Source: Eukaryota sp. GEM-RC1 (lineage: Eukaryota). Taken from it: a stretch of 64,000 bases of DNA. The notes under the pieces are model-generated. The model did no database searches. It was not told where the DNA came from and worked only from the letters and a program-made list of their open reading frames with translations. The stretch covers positions 868,001 through 932,000 of the forward strand of contig JAUFOQ010000013.1 in NCBI GenBank assembly GCA_040285855.1, in the 5' to 3' direction. Shown here one piece after another: positions 47,782 to 61,639 of the stretch (positions are counted from its first letter, which is position 1; each line of letters begins with the position of its first letter). The position numbers were made by a program, and so were the translations under genes.

Positions 47782-50700
47782 CTACACATAATGAGCTTGG
47801 GAAACTATACAGCCTTTCAAAATGGTCAATTCTTCTTCAGTAAAATGCTTCTCATGCACATCCCATTGTTCATAATGTGTTTTCCAAAAGTCTCTAATAA
47901 TCTTCCTTACCAACAATCCAATCGGATCGGGATCAGGGGCGTGTCTAGCTAACGTAACAATCGTACCAGGTAAAAACTCAGGAACTTCATAAGGAAAAGC
48001 TAGAATGATTGAAGCTAAACCTAAACATCCAGCATGTCTCTTGATCAAAGTCGATCTGTCCTGTTTGTCTATCTTCACTGAAGCCCAAGCTCTGAACTGT
48101 TTGTGGTGGGATAGCGAAGTCTCAGTATCAGAGAATCTGTGAATAGAAGACAGCACTTGACAACAGTGGAATCTGACCTCGGCATTGGAATCTAACAAGC
48201 ATTGAGTTAGAAAGTCCACGTGAGCAGTAAGAGGTTCTTGGTCAAAGGAAAAGAATAAGCAAACACTCTAACAGCTGATAAAATGTCCTTCCTCAATGAT
48301 GGCGATCGTTCACCGTGGGGACTGTTGTAAGCCTTGGAGAGACTTTCAAGCATGTAGATTGGAGATAGACCAATAGGAGCTACTGGAAGATGTAAAAAGA
48401 ATCTACGTAATCTTTTAGAGATCAGGGGGGTCGGGGTAGGCAATCAGACCGGCAATCACTTCGGTGAGCCCTTCTTCTCTGAAAATGTCAAGTAGAATCC
48501 AGGATTCCCAACTAGATTCTAAATAATTTAAAATTCTACACAACGAACGTGTTGCCAAAACTTCCTTCGACGGAGGCTTATTCGGCTCAAAATCAAAATC
48601 AATCAATACCTTTTGAGCTTGACCAATCAATTTTGATAGCAGAAGATGTACAGACTTATCCCTGATAAAACTATGCTGCTTCTCCACCCCTTCTCCCTTC
48701 ACTAGCTCCACTTTAGGATAAAAGTTAATAGAAGCTGATATAAAAGGGGATAATGACTCTGCTGCTACTTCCCGTAGTAGTTTAAAGTCACTTAAGGCAG
48801 CGTTGGAGAAATGAGGAAGAACCAGGTCAGTTATTGGACCCTTCCTCCAACAAAGTTCTGTAGTTGTAATGTCTAACAAACGTAGACATTTACCAAGGTT
48901 TCCCACACTTCCCTTAGCTTCTTCTACTTGAGTAAGAGTCTTTGCAATCACAATCAGGGGCAAATATCGACGTAGATCACGGTCGAGTGTCACGTAATGG
49001 ATTGTCTGTTGCCAATTATAAGCAGCCTCGTTAGTTAATCGTGGGTAAAGAGAAAGAAGAAGAGATGAAGCAAAAGACCACATCTTATCTTGATCTTTTA
49101 CGCTCCAATTCTTACATCCACGTAACCACCCACAAAGAGCCTCAGCTGCTACTAGCTGGGACCATTTATCGGTAGGATCTGATACTAGTTCAGTAAGGGC
49201 TTCTTCAAAGAAGCTGAAAGGTTTGTATGAGGAGAATTCTGCTAGGAAATTGTTGAAGGCGATTCTGATTTGTGAGTTTGATGAGGTTTGTTCTGTTACA
49301 AATGATAGAAGAATGTCCAGGACGGCTTTCTTATCACAAAAGACTGCAGAGATGATCTCTTCTGCAGGAGTCCAACGTGATAGGAGACCAGTCTTAGCCA
49401 TCGCAGTAGAGCTCAAAGGCCAGAATCCCTCATAGTTGTCATCACGGAATATGATTGAGCTCAACTTTGACTCATCAATTGAAGCAAAGAACCCAGTGAA
49501 ATCAACGTCGGGATTGAAATGGATCTGATCACGTGATTGACCGGGAAGTAAAGCATTCTCTTCAAATGTAGAATCATAGGAAACTTCCTTACCTCGATTA
49601 GGGTCAGGAACTTCAGGTCTATTATCTGGGTAAATCTCAAGAAGGATGTTCATGAGGGAATTTGAGATTCGAACAGATTGACGACGAACCTTTGGAGATT
49701 TAGACCAGAGCAACAAAAGAGCATTTTTAAAATATTTGGAAAACACGAAATTTTCAGAAAATTGAGAAGGTCCAGTAGGACTTTCAGGTCGAGTTATAAT
49801 GGTCTTTTCTTTACTCTTTACAAACTCATCAACATTTAAAAAAGAAGCATGAGGGTCTAATCAAACGTAAAAAGAACTCTAGTAGAGGCGATGCGATAAA
49901 CGTAGGAAGTTCATCAATTGTGGACAATGAAAGAGGACCAGACATCAAGGAAAAGATGTTGAGATAGTGACTGGCATCCTGGTAGTTTTGGGCTGATTTG
50001 TCGTTGATTGATTGAGAGTGGAGCTCAGTGAGGTTATCAGGTTTGTTAAGCAGATACTTGTTCAAAACAACAAGACTTTTCTCGTGATTAATGGAGAAAA
50101 TCGGCTCAAAGAAAGAGAAAATGTCAGAGTAAGATCCACATACATCTAAAAGATGAGGTACCAATCGGGTGACTTCAGAAGAAGAAATATTTGACGGAAA
50201 GTTTCCAGCAATCACCCAATCAGAAATAACAGTGAATATAACCCTCACAAACCGCTCAAAAGAGGCCAAGATCGCGTGACAGTCGCAATCAACCGTCTAC
50301 TTCCAAACAAGTAAATCAAACCCTTTACCTCATGAAACTCCAAGTCATCCGACTTCAAACACTCCTCTAAATAATCAACACTCAACTTAGCCACCCCTTC
50401 CACGTTCTTGGTCACGTAACCAATTGGATCCTGAGCAGTCTCTCTAACAGATAGGTAAGGATGAACAGACAGGTGAAGAAGACCCTCAAGACATCCGTTA
50501 GGAGGTTGAGCTGGACAGGAGAAGCCAATCTCAGTAGTGACTAAAGCGTGGTAGTGGAGGAAAACTCGTTCTACTTGTAAGGCCCTGCTAGTATACTTTA
50601 GATCAAAGGAAACAGTCTCGTCTACGAATAAACCTCGTAATTGGAAGTGATATTCTAGTCTAAAGGCAAACCACTTGGATGAGCAAAAGTTCTTGGAGAC

Positions 50701-53468
50701 GAGGGCATCTAGAATTGAAGAACAGAGGGAAAGAGAGGTGGAATCATCAGGGGAGATAGAAGAGATCAAATTGATTGCAGTGATGACGATTGGAGAAATT
50801 TGATCACGTAGGGTCTTAGGTGATGATAGCTGTTGGAATGAATCAGTGAAAATCGGAAACTTCTCAATCAAATTTGATAGGTCCAGCTTATGAGTGGGAT
50901 TGCCCCATACAGAAAACGAGCTGTTCAACCGATATGGCAACTTCCACATATAATCACTCTGAGCTTCACTATCAATCAATCTCGAAACAGGTGACAGTCC
51001 ATTCACCATTGCTCCAACCATATTCAGGGATATCCCCAACAACATTCTTCTTTCAGAGATTGACACGTCAACAGAAGAATTAAACAAGGAGATACCTTCA
51101 CAACACCAGTTCAAGAGGGATTCACAGAGTTTTAAAACTTCTGAAATGGTTTCTTCACTGGGACTGTAAAAGTCAACACAAGTCTCTGAGAAACATCGAG
51201 ACCTTACGTAACCACCAATCTCTGCAGGATGTTGGTTATTAACTGTAGGTCTACATTCCTGTGGATACGAACATAGCAGTGAGTATAAGGCGAACCTAAT
51301 ACAAGAAACAGATTCTTGCTGAATAGCGGGATTAGAACTCTTTAAAAATCCAGAAACAATCGCAACAATCCTTGGCATCTCCTTTAATAGCATCTTCCCT
51401 CCACTTCTAGTTACAAGACCATTCAACACTGCAATGTAGTAGTGGCTAGAGTCCTCCGCTCCTAGAAATACTGGTCTAGTTGAAGAGTGCTCGTAGAAGA
51501 GAGGTTTACGTTGACTGGAGAGAGCGATTTGAGAGGGGAGGAGGAGGTCTGTGGTACGATCAAATATTCTGCTTTGAATGAAATTTAAAATTTTGGGAAT
51601 TGAATAATCTGGGTTTTTAAAACAGACTGCGGAAACAAGTGCCGATAGTGCACCAAAAGGATCCTCATAAACTATATTATTCTTTAAGAAATCAAAAACA
51701 GTGTCAAAACATCTCTTGTAAAGATCATCATCAAGTCCTTGAAAAATCACGTCAACAAGCCCCTCAAAGGTAGAATCTGATGGGATCTCTCCTACTCTGA
51801 CTAGAACACATAGACGGGAGACGATGTCAGGAATAAGAGACCTCAGACCATTGACAAAGTCAAACCAAGGAGTATTGTTGGTGATTGAGTTGTGATTTGC
51901 AACTGGAATTCTAGCGAAGATGGACAAATACATTTTCAACGCATTCAGACACTTCTTAGAATCTACCGGATCTATCGCAACAAGGCAATCGTTACATATC
52001 TGACCAAAGATCTTCCACGTAGTAGCTTCATCTTCCTTTCGTCCCTCCTTGTTAAGTTGGTCAAGGTATCTTAAGAGAGGCTGTACAGTAAAAGACATGA
52101 GCATTAGACTGGCAGGAACAAGGTGAGGTTCTTGCAGGGCAAGAAGAGACTCCTGAATCGTAGTTAGAAGTTTGGGAATGACAACGTTTGGTTGGAGTTC
52201 AGCAAGATCACTTAGAGAGAGGAGAGCGTCATGAGAAAGAGAGGAAGAGCGAGCATAGACGGCCGTGATGAGACCTGGGTAGAGATCGATGGCAATCTCA
52301 GTAATAACAGAGGAGTCAAGATGGTAGTTATCAGGAGATGGAGGTGTGGAAAGACGAGTGGTAGATTAGGTTTCCCTGCCCACCTTTTCTCTACCCACTC
52401 TTTTGTTAAGTTGGGAAGTAAAGGTGGAGAGCAGATCTCCAATGGATCGTGACCAGTGACCTTCTGTTTGAGGATGAAGGAAAGGCTTAATGACTTTGAT
52501 GAAGTGTTTGAAGTGAGATAAATGGAGAGAGGATATAGAAGGAGGTCTCAGAGCATAGGCTAACCAAGATCCAGCAGCTTCAAAGAACATTGCGGCCTTT
52601 GTAGACACAGAGAGGAAGCTGGAGTATGAAGACTCTAGTTTAGGGGAACGTGATCCTTTATCCGAAAGAGGAAGGTGGAGGAGGTGGAGGACCTTCATCA
52701 TGATTGTTCCAAAGTAGGGCTCCCAATCAAATGTTGGTCTGCTCTTAGCAAGGCGGTAGAGGAGAGACATTGTAAGAATGTGAGGTTCAAGAGCAGTCTG
52801 GTCAGAGAATTCCCAGGATTTAAGAATGAGAGGAACGTAAGTTATCTCGGGTTCAATGAACTTTCTAATTCTGGTGGGCTGAGGTTAGAAGACGGGAATA
52901 TACAAACAAGTAAGACACAGAGGAAGCCATGGGCTTGATGATGTTTAGTATCAAATGGGCAGAATAGGGGTGTGAGGAAGTCTAAGATTTGTGAGGGAGA
53001 GTCTTCAGTGAAGAAGCGAGTGATCGCAGGGAAAAGTGACATTATAGAGTTGGAGACTGATCTGGGTAAGGCAGCGTGATAACGAGAGAATCGGGAGAAG
53101 GCATAGCGTTCAGCAAGATCATAGCAGGCTTTCCAATCAACAACGAAGTCGGTATCAGCTGGTACTGTACCTAGAAGATCGGAGAAGAGACGGCACAGTG
53201 CTGATAATGATTTGTGGTCTTGTTCAGGATGTTGGATCAGATCCCAAACCACATTGAGTATTCTAGGGGCAATTTCATCAGGAATGGGACATTTGATATA
53301 AATGAGAAGATCGAGTCGTTGCATCCAGAACACCAGAGTGTCACGGAAAGCCGACGTCGCCAAACACCACGAAAGACCATCGCAGCACTCTTTAAATGTG
53401 TTTGGAAGATCCTCTGTGAGACGATCCTGTAGATGTGAAGGAAGACCTAGTGATGCAGAGTAGAGCAT
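47782..53468 (-). CDS. PSME4: Proteasome activator PA200/Blm10 (fragmented into about 8 ORFs)
   Basis: FLHPQTEGHWS, AIDPVDSKK, LSVHPYLSVRETAQ; C-terminal RHAGCLGLASIILAFPYEVPEFLP...FWKTH...HFTEEEL...HYV (HbYX-like end). Confidence 0.88.
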
Positions 53469-53566
53469 TGTAAACAAGTTTTGTAGAGATGTCTCGAAGA
53501 AGAGATCCTCAGTTCGAAAAAGTGTTTACCAAAACTTTCAATTTCGTGTTGACTCTCAAATGTTAG

Positions 53567-56500
53567 ATGCACCTCTTCAACTCATTGTCTAGAGGCCTTG
53601 CGTCTGTAGTCAAACGTTTTCTGAGTAAGTTTATTGACAATCTACAAAATGTTTCTATTAAACCAGGGTTTACATCACTTACAGTTGAGGCTTTTGATCT
53701 CTCAATTAACGCAACAGTCCTTCAGCAGCTAGGTTTACCAATATCATCACTTTTTATCCAAAGTCTTTCCCTCACTCTCAAATACGGTATAGAACTTTAC
53801 CCCGGGTCTTTGTCGTTACACGGAGTTGTTGTCTCTATTAACCCCGACCTAGAACTCAATGTTCCCCCTGCTTCCTCTCACTCTCCTTCTACTCCTTCGG
53901 AATTAGATACCAGAATCATTGCTTCCGTATTGTCCTCATCACTCTCCCTGACAAACCTTCGTATAGTCTTTCCTTCCATGATGCTCTCTCTCACTTCTTT
54001 GTCCGTCACTCCCACTATAACTACTCAGGGTTCTTCCTTCTGTCTTTGCTCTCATGACGTGACACTTTCCGAATTGGTATTGTACGTCACGTCTATCAAT
54101 AGAGCGTGTTTTACAATGGATAGACTGTCGGTTTTTGTTGATTATTTCTCGAAGTCAGTTATTATCGGATGTCCTTCAGTCGACGTGATGATTTCGTCTG
54201 TGATTGTGAATCTGATTGAACAGCAAGTGATTGCTCCCTTTTTACCCCTTCTCAATCAGCCGAGGGCAATTATAATCAAACATGATGACGTTGATGAGAT
54301 TGATAACTCTCCTAAAGTAGTTAAACCTTCCACTCCCAATTCTCTCTTTCAATCAGTTTTTGATTTTCTATCACGTGATGACGAAGAAGAGACTGTCTAC
54401 ATTCCATTCTTTATTCTTGGAAACGTGCCTCTTTCTGATTTCTTGACGGTCAAAATTCCACTCAATCAATTTCAAGTGAAGCTTGATAAGTTTAATCTAG
54501 ACCTTGACTTTAAAGTACATTCTTTTGAGATTCTAGGATCTTGTGCTTGCTCACTTGATTTTGGGTTAAGATTGTCAAATGAATTTGTCACGAATTTATC
54601 CACTAATTATTTAAATATTGTTGAGAATATTTGGGGACATGTGTTTTTTAATTTTCGTTTTGCTTTTGCGGATTCATCGACTCAACTTGGATGTTTTATT
54701 TCCCCTTTTTCGAATAGTTTTGGTGTTTTCTTGTCTCAGAGTCGTGGGGGACAATCAATTACTGTAAAGGCAACTGATGATCCTAGTCTTGCTGTTTCAA
54801 CCGATTTCTCGACGTCATTCCAAAATTTTAAAATATTAAACTTTGAGTTGGACTTTTCAAAGCCAACGCTTCTTCTACTCTCACCACAGAGTGATGTCTT
54901 TGTATGCTTGAATTTGGGATTAAAACTCTCGCTGTTGAGAAAATCTTTGTTCTCTATAAAATTGAATTCAATTTCAAAAATTTCGGACATGTTTATTTTT
55001 ACAACTACTAATGAGAGTACTGTTGCCGTGTCAAAATTGCTGTCAGTTTTTGGAAATTTAAATTTCTCAATTCAATCAAATTCCTTTTCTACATTCAATA
55101 TCCAATTTGACCGATTCGTGATTGACCTTTACAATAACTCTACTGCAGTAATCAACCTAGTCCTATCACTGGCAATCTCGAACCTTTCCTTTTACTTTCT
55201 CCTACAGTTATTCGTTGTTTCATTTCCCTTAAAGGTCCTTTCTCATTGTTTTTTTCCTCTAATGATTTAGTTATTCACCCTGACCAACTGCTTCTAGAAC
55301 TTCCCCAGTTAAACAGAGTTGTCACTACATTACTACCTTTTGTTGACGTGATACCTCAGAGTGAGTCTGAAGTTGTACTTCCGATTTTGATTTTAAAAAT
55401 TTCTCAAATTTCAATTATTGGGCATTCAGTCGATTTTTTCAAATCACCACTCGTGTTGAGCCCTACTCCGTCGCTTTTAATCACTCATAGCATCACGTCA
55501 TCATTCTATCCTAATCAACCCAGTTCTTTTCACATTTCTTCTATCAATTACTATCATCAACGAAGGAAGACTTTCCAAATTAATGAAATTAATTTAAATT
55601 TTACTGTTGTTTTAGACCCTCATTTCTCACTAAATGATTGCAAGTTAGATCTCGCTATTGATTCAATTTCTGCTACTTTAAGTCCAGCAACCTATCACTC
55701 AATATCTAAACAACCTGTGTTGATCTCATGTTTAGAAATTCCGATAGTTTTAAATAATGTTGAAGTATTTCCTGGTCAATCAATAATTTACCAATCAAAT
55801 ATGAACGCCTTTGTGGAATCTCAAAATTTTAATATTCTTCATCCCACAAATGTTGAATGTATTTTCTACCGTGAAAATGAAATGTTTCATGGATCAACAA
55901 TTGAATCTAATAACTTATTTGTTTTAAAAGGGCAAGATTATCATTATCTTTTTTCTTCAAATTCTATTTATGTTGATCCGAGTAATCCAGGTGATTACAT
56001 GGCACTTCCTTGTAACGAGAAAAGCTTGAATTCTTTCTTTGTATGTGTTCCGAAATTTAAAACTTCAGTTTTTAATTTTTCTAAGTTTTCTAATTACTGT
56101 TGTGATTCACTTTCTGTTCGATTCTTGTCACGTGCTGATAGCAACGTTTTTGGCGCCAAACTTGGTGATATCGAGCATTCTTATTTTAAACAACAGTTTT
56201 CTCCGTCATTTAGTCTTTCAAATTCTCTGAAATTTGATCTTTTTCTTGTAGAATCTTTCAGAAGTCTTTGGAAGTCAAAGGGTTGTAGTGCTATACTTCC
56301 CTACTTCACAGTTTCCAATCATTCACCGTTACCAATCAATTTTGATCGTCTTGTTGTTACCCCTGACGATCAAATAACGTCAACACGTCGGTCATTCTCT
56401 AGTATTCTAAATACAATTCTTGTGAGTAATTCAGGCTCAGTTTTAATCACGCAAGAATCTGAGTTGGCCATTGTTCTACTTACTATAACTTCTGCGGGGA

Positions 56501-57815
56501 AATTTAAAATATTCTGCCCGATCGTTGTCCGATTGTTTTCATCTCCATCAATTGTTCATGGTTCAGTTACTTTTGATTGTCCCCCATCAGAAGTGATTTT
56601 GACCCCCTTGGCATCTTTTGATTGCGATCCTTCCTCTTTTGTTTTGTTTTTCCCCGCCACAGTCCGCCTTCCTTCTCTGGCTAAATCACTTGAGCTTGAC
56701 TCGTGCTTATTTCTACTTCTGCCAAAGGATTATGACCTTGTGTCTGAGAGCGAATCATCATTCAGTCTTGTAAAGGACGCTGTGACCACACTCCATCAAT
56801 TTATGACGTCGTCTGATCAATCAAAATTGAAAAAATTGGAATTAAATATTGATACATGGGACTTTTTCTCCCCGTTTTTCCAGAAAGTTTCTTGTCTGGA
56901 GTTGTTGTCACGTCATTTCTACTCAAATTCGAAAGTTGATAGCTGTGTTGTGTATACAGCTCCTAGTTCAATTCAACAACCCTGTTTTATAGGAAAACCG
57001 GTAAGTAACTGTGGACCTTCTGAATTGCCTTCCATTTCGATCAAAATTTCAAATATTGGTGGTAATTCTGATTCATTTATGTCATTTCCACCCCTTTTTG
57101 CAGATTTGAATAATCTCCAACTTTATTCAAGCAATTCTAAATTTATTGTCAGTTTTGCTGACGTTTCTGCCAGGTCATCACAGCCATTAGTTTTGATACC
57201 TGGTGTTGTTTCTATAGAAGTTGCTTTGAAAAACAACTCTCTTTCTTCCATTATTCAAAATTTAAACAATTTAAATTTTATTCCGATCTGTTTGAGTACT
57301 AAAATCAGACTTGAACGAATTGAAATCACCCCACATAGAAGCCATCTAACTTCTCTTTTCAAACTTCGTCACGTCTTGGAAGCCAACGTCATCAAATCAC
57401 GTTATCAAATCTGCTGACGTCATCCAGTGCAAGTCTTTCCCGATCTATTTCACTTCCTTTATAGTCTCCCCCCTTGGAAGTTTCCACTCTATTCGGATCT
57501 TCGAGAGCTGAGATCAGAGCTACAAAGTTCATCAACACCTTTTCCAGTTCTGCCATCACCATGTCCAACCTCACCTCACATTATGTCAATTCCCTCAAGT
57601 CCTTCTCCAACGCTGTCTCCACCTTCCCAGCATTAGTCACTGGATTTGGGTCTGCCTTTGCCACGTCAGTTACTAGGAGAGTCATCAGTAGAAGTGAGAC
57701 TTTGGGGGAGAAAGTCAAGAATTTAGTGATTAGATATCCGGGGTGTAGTGTTGCTCCTCATTTCTTTACTAGTTTTGTGGTGTTTTTGGAGTGGAGAGAC
57801 GTGTGTTGTTGTTAG
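53567..57815 (+). CDS. Divergent VPS13/ATG2-like (chorein-N) bridge-type lipid-transfer protein, fragmented
   Basis: N-terminus LASVVKRFLSKFIDNL..DLSINATVLQQLGLPI resembles chorein-N. Long beta-rich hydrophobic ORFs 53567-55270, 55246-57417 and 57474-57815 abut. Confidence 0.5.
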
Positions 57816-58713
57816 GGATGGGCGTGTTATTGAGACACGTGTTGAGAATTCTGCTAATATGAGAATAGGGTCTGACTTTGTTAAGGAAATTTATATAGAA
57901 AAGGGTTATATAGTTTCTTGAAGAATTACTTGATGTGTAGTATAATCGCATTTTTGATGGTCAAATTTATTAAAACAACAATTTTGAAGTTTGTTATTAT
58001 TACTTGCTTAATTAACAATGTGTTTCAAGTCAGCTTTCGGTCTTTTACCACAGCAACACATTGTTTTATCTAACAAATCAGATGGAAAAAGTCCTAAACT
58101 AAAACGCACGTCATCATTGAGATGAAGACCATTCGGTCTTTATGCTCGGTTTTGCAAATTAAAACAGCAAATAACATATTATTTACCCTCGTAACACTAA
58201 GACGTTTAGATAAATCAAAGTCATTTAAGCCAGCAAAACACAACATTGCAATTAAAGAACAGATAAACCAAGATATTCGATTGACTTATCAGGAAAATAA
58301 GTGATTGACTCAGGAAAAGACTTATTCCAAATGTCTGCAGATACTTCTAAGATGATACAATTAAAAGGTCTAAACCACAGAGAGTTCTGTGCAATTACTG
58401 GAAAAATATATCACCAAAGCTGAATTAAAAATCAAACAGGACGTTTTGTAAATCAACCAAGATAAACATTTTGACACAAATGCTCAGCTCTAGAAAATAC
58501 AACTTCATAAGAAGCTGAACAGATAACACGGTAAGTAAGGAAAATCTCTACTCGTATATGTTTCTGGATTAAGATTGAACTCATAAATAAGGAAGCTCCA
58601 TTTAAAATAACTCATGCCCTCGTACCAAGATCAGAGCTAAAATTGTATGAGAGCTTCTTTTTGACAAAGAACTGCCAGTGGTTGTCCAAAATTGAAATTA
58701 AATTACTTCTAAC

Positions 58714-60637
58714 ATGGACTGCTTCGTTTGTTGTGAATCGTTCAATCTCTCTAACCGTGTTGCCCTGTTAATCTGCTGTGAAGGACATACTTGTTGTTCT
58801 GAATGTTCAGAGTCACTAAATCAATGTCCCCTTTGCCGTATCGATTGTCTTGAAGATAGGAAAGTAAACTATGCTCTGCAGGACCTGGTCAAAGCCTCTC
58901 GCGATGGAGAACTCTGTCCACAAATCCCCTCAGATCAAATCGTTCTCGGAGATAAGATCGCGGAAGGAGGTTTTGCTGACGTTTACTCCGCCAAATGGTT
59001 CGATCTCCCCGTCGCCATTAAGATGGTCTCCCTCACAGAGAAAGGACGTATAGAACTCCATAGAGAAATGAATCTTCTCTTCAATCTCAATCATCCTGCT
59101 GTGTTACGTGTGTTTGGTACCACCTACTTTGATAATTCCATTGGCATCGTCATGGAATTAGCTTCTTCTCCCTCCCTCCCCAAGTCTTCTCTCTTCAACT
59201 ACTGTTAGGTACGCCAAAGAACTTTGCCAATCAGTGAAGTTCCTCCATCTCAAGTCTGTTGTACATGGAGACTTAAAGCCTGCCAATGTCCTTTTGGTTG
59301 ATGACCATGTAAGAGTAGCTGATTTTGGCACTTCCAAGAACCTCGCCGCCACAACTCTAGTGACTAGAGCAAATGCCATGAGTCCCAAGTATGCTGCCCC
59401 TGAGCAGTTTGAATCAAATGCTAGTCCCTTTAGTGATATTTATTCACTTGGATTAATACTATATGAACTTTTAACTGGGCGAGAAGCTTTTGCTGGTTAT
59501 TCAATGATGCAGATTGTTGGAGCAAAAGTTCAAGGCAAACCATTACCTTTTGATGATTCAACACCAGAATGTTTGAAAGAGATAATAATGAAGTGTTTAA
59601 ATCCAGATCCATCATTACGACCTCAAATTAATGAAATCACTGATATTTTATATACTTTGGATGTTTTGGAAGCTGGTGGTGTTATTAATGACCAATCATT
59701 TTTGATTGAAGAAAATCAATCTTTGAAAACTAAAGTTGATGAACTCAGTGATGAAGTTTTGAACTTGAAACGTCAAAATTCTGAACTTTTCAATCAAATT
59801 CAAAGTATATCTACTCTGAACAATGAGCTTCACGACAAGGAAAAGTCTTTCAACCAACAAATTTTAAATTTGGAAACTGACAATCAATCCTTAAGAGAAG
59901 AAATTGAACGTCCCAAATCCGAAATTTTAAAAGTCAATCCTTCTAATAATGAAATTCGTCACAAGTCTATTGCACCACCTTCTTTTGGAAGTTCTCAAGG
60001 TTTAATTCCAAAGCCAAAGAAGAAATTACAACAAGAAATACCTGTAAAAAGGGAAGTTAATAGTAATTATGAAATTGGTTTGAGTAAGTTAAAACCTGGA
60101 TTGAGGGAGGTTTTGGAAAAAATGAGGAATGGGCATGTTACTCGGATTAATCTTACGAGTAACTCTATTGGTACTGAAGGTGCCATTGCATTGGCTGAAG
60201 CTTTGAAGGTGAATTCCACTGTTACTCAGATTAATCTTGGGTTGAACTCTATTGGTAATGAAGGTGCCATTGCATTGGCTGAATCTTTGAAGGTCAATTC
60301 CACTGTTACTCGGATTGATCTTGGGTTTAACTCTATTGGTAATGAAGGTGCCATTGCATTGGCTGATGCTTTGAAGGTGAATTCCACTGTTACTGAGATT
60401 GATCTTTACAGTAACTCTATTGGTAATGAAGGTGCCATTGCATTGGCTGATGCTTTGAAGGTGAATTCCACTGTTACTCGGATTTATCTTCGGTGGAACT
60501 CTATTGGGAATGAAGGTGCCATTGCATTGGCTGATGCTTTGAAGGTCAATTCCACTGTTACTAAGATTGGTCTTAGGGACAACTCTATTGACTCTGAGAC
60601 TAGACAACTCATCTCAAATAATCGGTTCTTCTGCTAA
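58714..60637 (+). CDS. RING-kinase-coiled-coil-LRR protein, copy 4 (6 LRR strands; frameshift at about 59170-59181)
   Basis: ORFs 58714-59208 and 59234-60637 are colinear with copy 2. Confidence 0.87.
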
Positions 60638-61639
60638 TTCTCTTTTATTAACTCACTTCGTGTCAATTGATGACGTTTTGTTCTTCAATCTCCTCCTTCA
60701 GTATGTAGTCTTATAATAGAACAGCAAAATTTTGTCTTTGTTAGCCAAAGGTATTAGTATGGTTATGTAGTCAGTTAATTCATTTTATAAACACCTTTTA
60801 CCTGTCTCATTCACCTGTTTTGGTGTCATCGTGAATCAATTTGGAAGAGGCAATTTGATCTTAGGTCAGTCTAGATACTGTGTCTGGGTATCTTCGGTCA
60901 TTAATCAACTATTGACAATGCACAAGACGATTTTGTTGCTCAACATAACAGTTACGAAGACATAAAAAGATTTGATTGTCAAGGTACTGTTTTTTGGTTA
61001 AGATATCTGTTCAGTTTAAATATGAATCTCCATAATTAGTCTGATTCAGACTAATATTCCCAGTCATTAATTAGTCCAAGTTAGACGAATTGTTGTGACG
61101 GCTGTAGTTAATACTGCAAGTGTTAACACGTGCTCAACAATTGAATTGTAATTGTATTTCCTAGATCTTGTTTCCAACAATGGTACCGTTCCGTTTTAAC
61201 TTCTGCCTTCAGTTTATTACTTCGCAAAATAGAAAAAAATAGGAAACACAATCGACATGCAATCAACTCAGTACTTGTACTAGTAATGTATACTTAACAC
61301 CAATATCAACAACTAGCAGTATTTTGTCTGTTGGTAACTGAATTTCATAAATATGGGCAGCACAAATAGCACTTGGTGTACTGATTTTGGATCTATGTGT
61401 GAGTCTCAGAATAAGAGATTCAATTAATCAATTTGGAATAACCTTTTCATTTTTTCTTTGTAACCCATGTTTGTGTATTTTTATCGTGTCTCAGTTTCGA
61501 AACTGAGGCCCTCCTTAACGTGGGGTTTACGTGTTATGACAGTTTTATCATGCTATTTAATTGTATAACTTCAGAAGCGATAGTATAATAATATAGAAAA
61601 CGATTTTTCGGCACCCAATAAGGTAACCTTCCTACAAAA

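Noticed and set aside
47782..57815. PA200 and VPS13-like genes as pseudogenes
   Set aside because: Long clean ORFs with conserved termini; the break examined falls in a homopolymer like those elsewhere in the window, so error or small introns are more likely.
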